Shown here: positions 62,301 through 64,000 of the stretch, piece after piece
Layout: each line of letters starts with the position of its first letter
Position numbering within the stretch: position 1 is the stretch's first letter
DNA from: a virus
Taxonomy: Duplodnaviria > Caudoviricetes
Virus record (IMG/VR): IMGVR_UViG_3300032227_001172
Coordinates: 32,001-96,000 of that record
Strand: one strand, 5' to 3'
Length of the DNA: 64,000 nucleotides
The notes under the pieces: generated by a model
Databases searched by the model: none
The model's input: only the letters and a program-made list of their open reading frames with translations
What the model was told of the DNA's origin: nothing
Translations under genes and position numbers: made by a program

Positions 62301-64000
62301 AGATTGGAAGCCATCCGTTTTTCTTCTAAGGCTTGAATTTTTTGAAAATTAGTAACTAATGTTCCAGCATCTTCGGATCGTCCAGTTTTAACAAATCTTT
62401 CTCTCACTTGGGCAGATTGTTCTACTGCTTTATCTAGTTGTATGGTGGCTAGTTCAGATTCTTTTTGGGCTACAGCGGATGCGAATCCATCCACAGCAGC
62501 AACAGCGCCGACTAATGCTCCCGCAATAGCCCCAATGCCACCAAACTGAGCACCTATAGATGTGTATGTTGAAAAAGCAGTGGCTCCTCCAGCAATACCA
62601 GCACCCGTAGTTCCTCCGATACTGTCTCCAATTTGTTGTGCCAGCATTGGACCAGTGAAAGCTAAAGCCGTACCTAAATTAGATAAATTTAAACCTCCTG
62701 TTCTTCCGCCTCCACCAGCCATGTCTCCGTCATCCTGTGCTTGAGCAGAATTATTCTGTGCTGTAGTTAGTTGTTGTGTAGATGTATTAAGTTGCTGTTG
62801 TGATTGAGCGGTTTGCTTTACCTTTTGTATCAGTCCACCCCAAGCCTGTGACACTCTTTGTTCCGCAGCTGCTCTTGCATCTGCAACAGAAACACTATTG
62901 TTAGTAGCTCGAATTTGTCTTGTTAATGCATTAACTTGCTGCCTTTGCTGTTGATACACGAGTTCTGCGGCTCTCTGGTCTCCTGTCTCTGCTGCTTGTT
63001 TAGCACCAAACAACACTTGAGATTCAGGCAAAACCCTACCAGATGCTTCAGCATATGCATCATCAAAAGACATAGTAGGATTAGCTTTTGCTATTTGGCT
63101 TACCACTTTTGCCATCATGTTTTCAACTGCTTGTTCTAATGCTTTAGCTGCGTCTTCTCCAACTCTAGATGCAGTAGACGAGAATTCAAAAACATCTCCA
63201 CCATTATTAAATTTCTGTACTCCAACTCTTCCTCCTCTATTGAAACCAAGAGCTTTTGTTGCCTTGGCACGTAGGATAAAACTGCCTTCTGGCAAGCTGG
63301 TGCGAATACTATCGCTCGTACCGCTACCTGGACCTTTAAATACGCTAATACCACCCTTACTAAACCGTCCCATACCATTACGATCAGCCTGATTCATACG
63401 TTTTAAGTTACCATAGCCAATGCTCTTAGCTGTTTTGGGTGGCACATAGGCTTCGCCATTACTAACTAGAGCAGGTACAGATCCTCCGTCAGCAAACTGC
63501 TGAACATCAGCCCATAGGTTATGTCTACCCATCAAGTCTACATATTTAGCTTTATCTACTCTGAATCTAGAACGAGGAGAAAGGATAAATTCATTTTCTT
63601 CACTAGGCTGTTTCATGAAGAATGTTTCCATCTGGCCTGTTCTTGGATTGATATCTTTTTTAGTTACATTAATTTTACGATCTTTAAATTGTTCAGCGAC
63701 ATCTACTCCTTGACCATTTTTCTTAGTCCTAACAGTAAGCATAGCTGCCCAATTATCTTCAGATCTTGGGGCGTTATCTAAAAAAGATTTAGCAACTGCA
63801 TAATTTTTACTCGTAGAAACAAAACCTGGAAGACTAAAGGCTTTACCAACAATTTTAGCTACTTCTTGAGCATAGTAGGTTTGTCTATTATTATATTTTG
63901 TATCTTTTGGAATATCTGGACTTTTATTTAAACCAGTATCCATAGCAAATTTATCAAAGGCATTACGAGATAATGAACTATATAGTTCCTCTGGTGCTGG
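53360..64000 (-). CDS. Tape-measure-like polyvalent protein (>3,540 aa, 5'-truncated) carrying ADP-ribosyltransferase, two HExxH metallopeptidase domains, glycine-zipper TM hairpins and repeated GG-flanked spacers
   Basis: Frame is open to nt 64000 (PAPEELYSSLSRNAFDKFAMDTG...). About 1000-aa Ala/Gln-rich helical region; GPGSGTSDSI and PAML.PGEFVVN motifs typical of tape-measure proteins; lies upstream of the tail-tip genes. Confidence 0.8.
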   Translation of the reverse strand, partial: PAPEELYSSLSRNAFDKFAMDTGLNKSPDIPKDTKYNNRQTYYAQEVAKIVGKAFSLPGFVSTSKNYAVAKSFLDNAPRSEDNWAAMLTVRTKKNGQGVDVAEQFKDRKINVTKKDINPRTGQMETFFMKQPSEENEFILSPRSRFRVDKAKYVDLMGRHNLWADVQQFADGGSVPALVSNGEAYVPPKTAKSIGYGNLKRMNQADRNGMGRFSKGGISVFKGPGSGTSDSIRTSLPEGSFILRAKATKALGFNRGGRVGVQKFNNGGDVFEFSSTASRVGEDAAKALEQAVENMMAKVVSQIAKANPTMSFDDAYAEASGRVLPESQVLFGAKQAAETGDQRAAELVYQQQRQQVNALTRQIRATNNSVSVADARAAAEQRVSQAWGGLIQKVKQTAQSQQQLNTSTQQLTTAQNNSAQAQDDGDMAGGGGRTGGLNLSNLGTALAFTGPMLAQQIGDSIGGTTGAGIAGGATAFSTYTSIGAQFGGIGAIAGALVGAVAAVDGFASAVAQKESELATIQLDKAVEQSAQVRERFVKTGRSEDAGTLVTNFQKIQALEEKRMASNLKAEQPGMVSRALSTATFGYLGGDKRSSAEISGARTAEQQAAAQEAQALISSMIAAGKSYDQVTNILQQQGVALSDLYTAIAEANPEYQAEVTTIQKSNMAEQLKERAIQGVKRKYVDQARTLANAEFADSARAKAAQKLTQKINVVSASMTRTFDNLNQAINASSASLKQASDDLQKIVSGATGFTANLDALNVLQNPRAFGREQQNTAIGQASQFAGRDRGFIEQLARFSLDAEDIVAGGAARAQQTGANQAVVATNIINQLTQKIDAVFGRNDLGDRLRNEFKDKIEESLKRGEEIDIQKLLEESGLSNQLQASKQAFEALQNSLKLVQEAMNFAANAANEYGKLQQNLRENQANYQNTLTQSNIALKEALGQRVGIGERLQSRRNVAATRAGVAPEQLNATDLASRKDTLQKEVNAIRSALQNTANTFDSTIPKADARFTALTKKLAETESALKATEQGLESLPGAIEGNINDIIGEIGRIQQELSGRQQAAGSFAEQLVGSTPQELGELNSTFNLLNNTLNGQITTINQSQAAQQAYFQALQNGSTQQEAYAAAQQAFAGQTKSALGLFNQLSQMSGLEGPQINNMRADLLENFAKAQGMGLQNNPMFQKMIELLRQPPEQSPEIQALQGMLKAQQAELATSTQALNEGILAKQKDILDSANQTFIKALSEVRVKFDTEQLRGAGFGVGTPGQATNTQRLSGGGIVYASDGTYVNYQPRGTDTIPAMLSPGEFVVNAQATKNNLGLLSAINGSAGNSKTFSRGGVVYAAGGLDPTALLADIDAQTQVLFNAGKKGGSAVQTGGNAAKGFIAEKYFQSLSNLLSYIGEKIPKLKGMNIPNLLKLDLFKLATSPATREFLGKTFSVLGPILTLAQRAYVAYEGGGITGALTGSVSGGGDVGAERSMIGGALGVERGGYTDLAAGNLTEFGFAIGEGAIAGRVFGPPGALIGASIAGGAQIVGSVGRETTGLYNDRQNLSTSRETTRRMENAGRSNLEDSREAEVARRAGGRETYEGRSVAEILFIEQQAKLQNKIEDLKAKPRTQAGDRLVADLEARKAQAYQDQKRASATRNEEQLFVRTGSFFNSSTFDDATLNEEIQKEASYQRRTSEARSQMAAEDKDAAVQKADQQAREQADADALFDKQWSERTKLTERKKAVGLREWATNEDLEKAEAAQNAKMQRQANIDAERGRIDDAIYATDPNRMSLDGFGLDKPLTPEQRLLQQKFGSYRETSESTNRVIPWIKRLPPNAFSPEFQKSVTDREELYRQIQEEKASRYDPNNSFAGDELKWEKEKNARLDTLYGQLNTVNQNINQEYKDKKYDQLDTEGRQKLWDQYKSGQLVQAKAQQREEKKANDKLAKQQGDQIRATAKYMNMPIPDKFSNPGVFLTWRKNLQKKLQKDFPFGARTPEALGTLGIPPDMIDAVYNPFNSQELVSIYSSMLQNAPLSPKASQVVAALRVQQNNLSKNVENDPRLQQIISSASPAERKEITKQFESTFVRSSKQIGVFEKLVSRFDKLNPGQKKMAQANLYTRAAKQGLIDPRANNDFNIARLNALGGGNVAGFLYPAQQTQNEAIRVSNKVATKSRGGIIYASTGMLVPYQPQGTDTVPAMLTPGEFVVNRAATQKHLPLLQSINRSRGGKIEYLADGGVGGASMTTDPTKYVDGVQIEPAPDKRIDEVLMNAKESTKLGYINKDNIQTNTQAVPQNNITSQEKLDYTIAMLKQCCEAQAIASDKILNVLDDFGVVMNNAIQAIAAQIGGVIPQLPGQPIPAPPQGPQPGQPMGMYRGGMVYAADGTLVNYQPKGTDTVPAMLTPGEFVINRAATQKHLPLLHAINDGYYNNGGVVYAQNGVQVESASRSTKQTQQAQRIQQNISTEGMEIGNRTITRLRDAMERSGQNMDTDNIQANREMGNGPQSESVFPALQSLGGQKTPINKLLDKKVPVNVKLIGGGLLGENIGKDNGPQNVFVAPWQTFDQDNRVGNQNNRLDPQEYKEWWAIVAHELRHYLQRHTTSPAVTKDNRTSISTNQYLQPLYNALQKDGSLTEDEIDYFYKAREMDVRFGAMRSTLKPLIDNKKVKPPTNWSEFIGGVKTVPENERVLDIQTGIQHYYDTIESLKNKSLLSQEYVDSLYNQFYARAAIVLSKGGVVYAQDGFDPSRPKLPTPTVQSGSFKEGVHDKNSVIRDSEYSRSLKRMGIPHISQSGGSKTYLDQNGREISANEFKLLPETSFNHPEYAAMRSRAAFAAGAAKSFVPQMGATSGAIIAAAALAPLGPPGIIAGGLIGGITGAGVGSLVQETALNTGAPKPNAIANQLMDENPVSAMAGSTAGDVATGGLLSLALPSIPTPTRVGDSMVGPGGLTPKQIRYAEKALNRPISEAITPFVGMKGFGGRYVDGPISVDQLVYKARDNLAESIHYSGADPKTFDSLTTRFTEPVPGALGDYQGGLSRISPKITPEQMIGTVAHEAAHHYQTMKDPTGKLLKVWMENNRDQVADSVLKRTTSQYHEMATPRNHMGYGVNDILEGTADYYKKRSIEQMRTELGEDGFMSLVDDALINMGVVIDKDRINSTLRSEADNYTRGRSGGSYGNAGLAFGREDASLIQPDIMAEVGVRGPKTLTAHDRVLDAITRLSKDRGFTSQNYLDIAENSGSQEFLTSNFQDFPGTDEQTRELSKSLVRFMETKGGEGVKMTPPPLPPSPPKLNYRSHGGAIYASTGTLVNYQPRGTDTVPAMLTPGEFVVNRQATQRHLPVLRAINDGYYQNGGIVYASDGIFVRRGQHRNPRERRIDEVQRAQQAQQAQQQQMLTPRPVVMQPQAQMVLANRVNQASQAAFNPESFGNINQQLTIFGTLLTGVNQTLVQFGTILQGFQQPAMGPAAAGGNNANGVNNGVAGFVLQFGNLIKELQRINIPQQINLAMQPARITVDITGAQLFAALQPAIQGVIMANIDASMKDWVANNLEGVEPPNFGGGTIDI
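53882..53908. repeat. 9-bp tandem repeat x3 (TTGTTGAGC), encoding AQQ AQQ AQQ
   Basis: Seen directly in the sequence. Confidence 0.8.
53972..54175 (-). repeat. Intragenic spacer repeat, copy 5
   Basis: YRSHGGAIYASTGTLVNYQPRGTDTVPAMLTPGEFVVNRQATQRHLPVLRAINDGYYQNGGIVYASDG. Confidence 0.9.
55823..55858 (-). repeat. Partial spacer repeat (GG-VYAxxG end only)
   Basis: LSKGGVVYAQDG. Confidence 0.75.
56732..56932 (-). repeat. Intragenic spacer repeat, copy 4
   Basis: MYRGGMVYAADGTLVNYQPKGTDTVPAMLTPGEFVINRAATQKHLPLLHAINDGYYNNGGVVYAQNG. Confidence 0.9.
57338..57535 (-). repeat. Intragenic spacer repeat, copy 3
   Basis: KSRGGIIYASTGMLVPYQPQGTDTVPAMLTPGEFVVNRAATQKHLPLLQSINRSRGGKIEYLADGG. Confidence 0.9.
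59975..60190 (-). repeat. Intragenic spacer repeat, copy 2
   Basis: LSGGGIVYASDGTYVNYQPRGTDTIPAMLSPGEFVVNAQATKNNLGLLSAING...FSRGGVVYAAGG. Confidence 0.9.
63197..63496 (-). repeat. Intragenic spacer repeat, copy 1 (degenerate, doubled)
   Basis: FADGGSVPALVSNGEAYV...FSKGG...GPGSGTSDSIRTSLPEGSFILRAKAT...FNRGG...FNNGG. Confidence 0.75.

Noticed and set aside
53972-63496. Spacer repeats as a CRISPR array or DGR template/variable repeats
   Set aside because: Copies are conserved at protein level with synonymous divergence, lie in frame within one ORF and are kilobases apart. I noticed no adenine-specific mismatch pattern, and there is no reverse transcriptase in the window.
209-63781. Numerous 60-145 aa ORFs antisense to or nested in the large genes (e.g. 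22120-22476, 29428-29775, 49623-50060, 51873-52214, 60753-61151)
   Set aside because: They are shadow ORFs of well-supported genes on the opposite strand or frame, with no recognisable motifs.
63941-63943. ORF-track start codon for the 3527-aa protein
   Set aside because: The frame stays open to nt 64000 and this Met falls inside the ART domain, so the real start is outside the window.
1-64000. Bacterial chromosome or prophage origin, suggested by rml, dnaE, dnaB, recA and phoH
   Set aside because: Divergent compact homologs, tight overlaps, a dNMP kinase, a giant tail module and the absence of housekeeping or integrase genes fit a large lytic phage better.

Overview
This AT-rich, densely coded 64 kb window looks like part of a large lytic tailed-phage (Caudoviricetes) genome using the standard genetic code. 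It has two convergent gene blocks that meet at about 31,430. The + strand block (1-31,432) holds, in order: a sugar-biosynthesis/glycosyltransferase cluster (2OG-Fe oxygenase fragment, GT2, RmlB, RmlC, GT-like proteins); nucleotide metabolism (dCMP deaminase, class II NrdJ, PhoH, dNMP kinase); a bacterial-type replication/recombination module (RecA, DnaB, DnaG, Cas4/AddB-like nuclease, a DnaE naturally split into two genes around a DEDDh exonuclease, SSB); a second glycosyltransferase cluster; a free-standing endonuclease; a Rad52/Sak-like annealase; and a YfaP-like membrane protein. The - strand block (31,425-64,000) holds very large virion/tail genes. The most notable is a >3,540-aa tape-measure-like protein, still open at the window edge. 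It is divided by repeats of a ~65-aa GG-flanked 'GTDTVPAMLTPGEFVVN' spacer into cassettes that include an ADP-ribosyltransferase, two HExxH zincin domains and glycine-zipper membrane hairpins. This suggests a processed, injected effector polyprotein. I saw no tRNA, rRNA, CRISPR array, integrase or intein. All calls come from motif recognition by eye; no searches were run.
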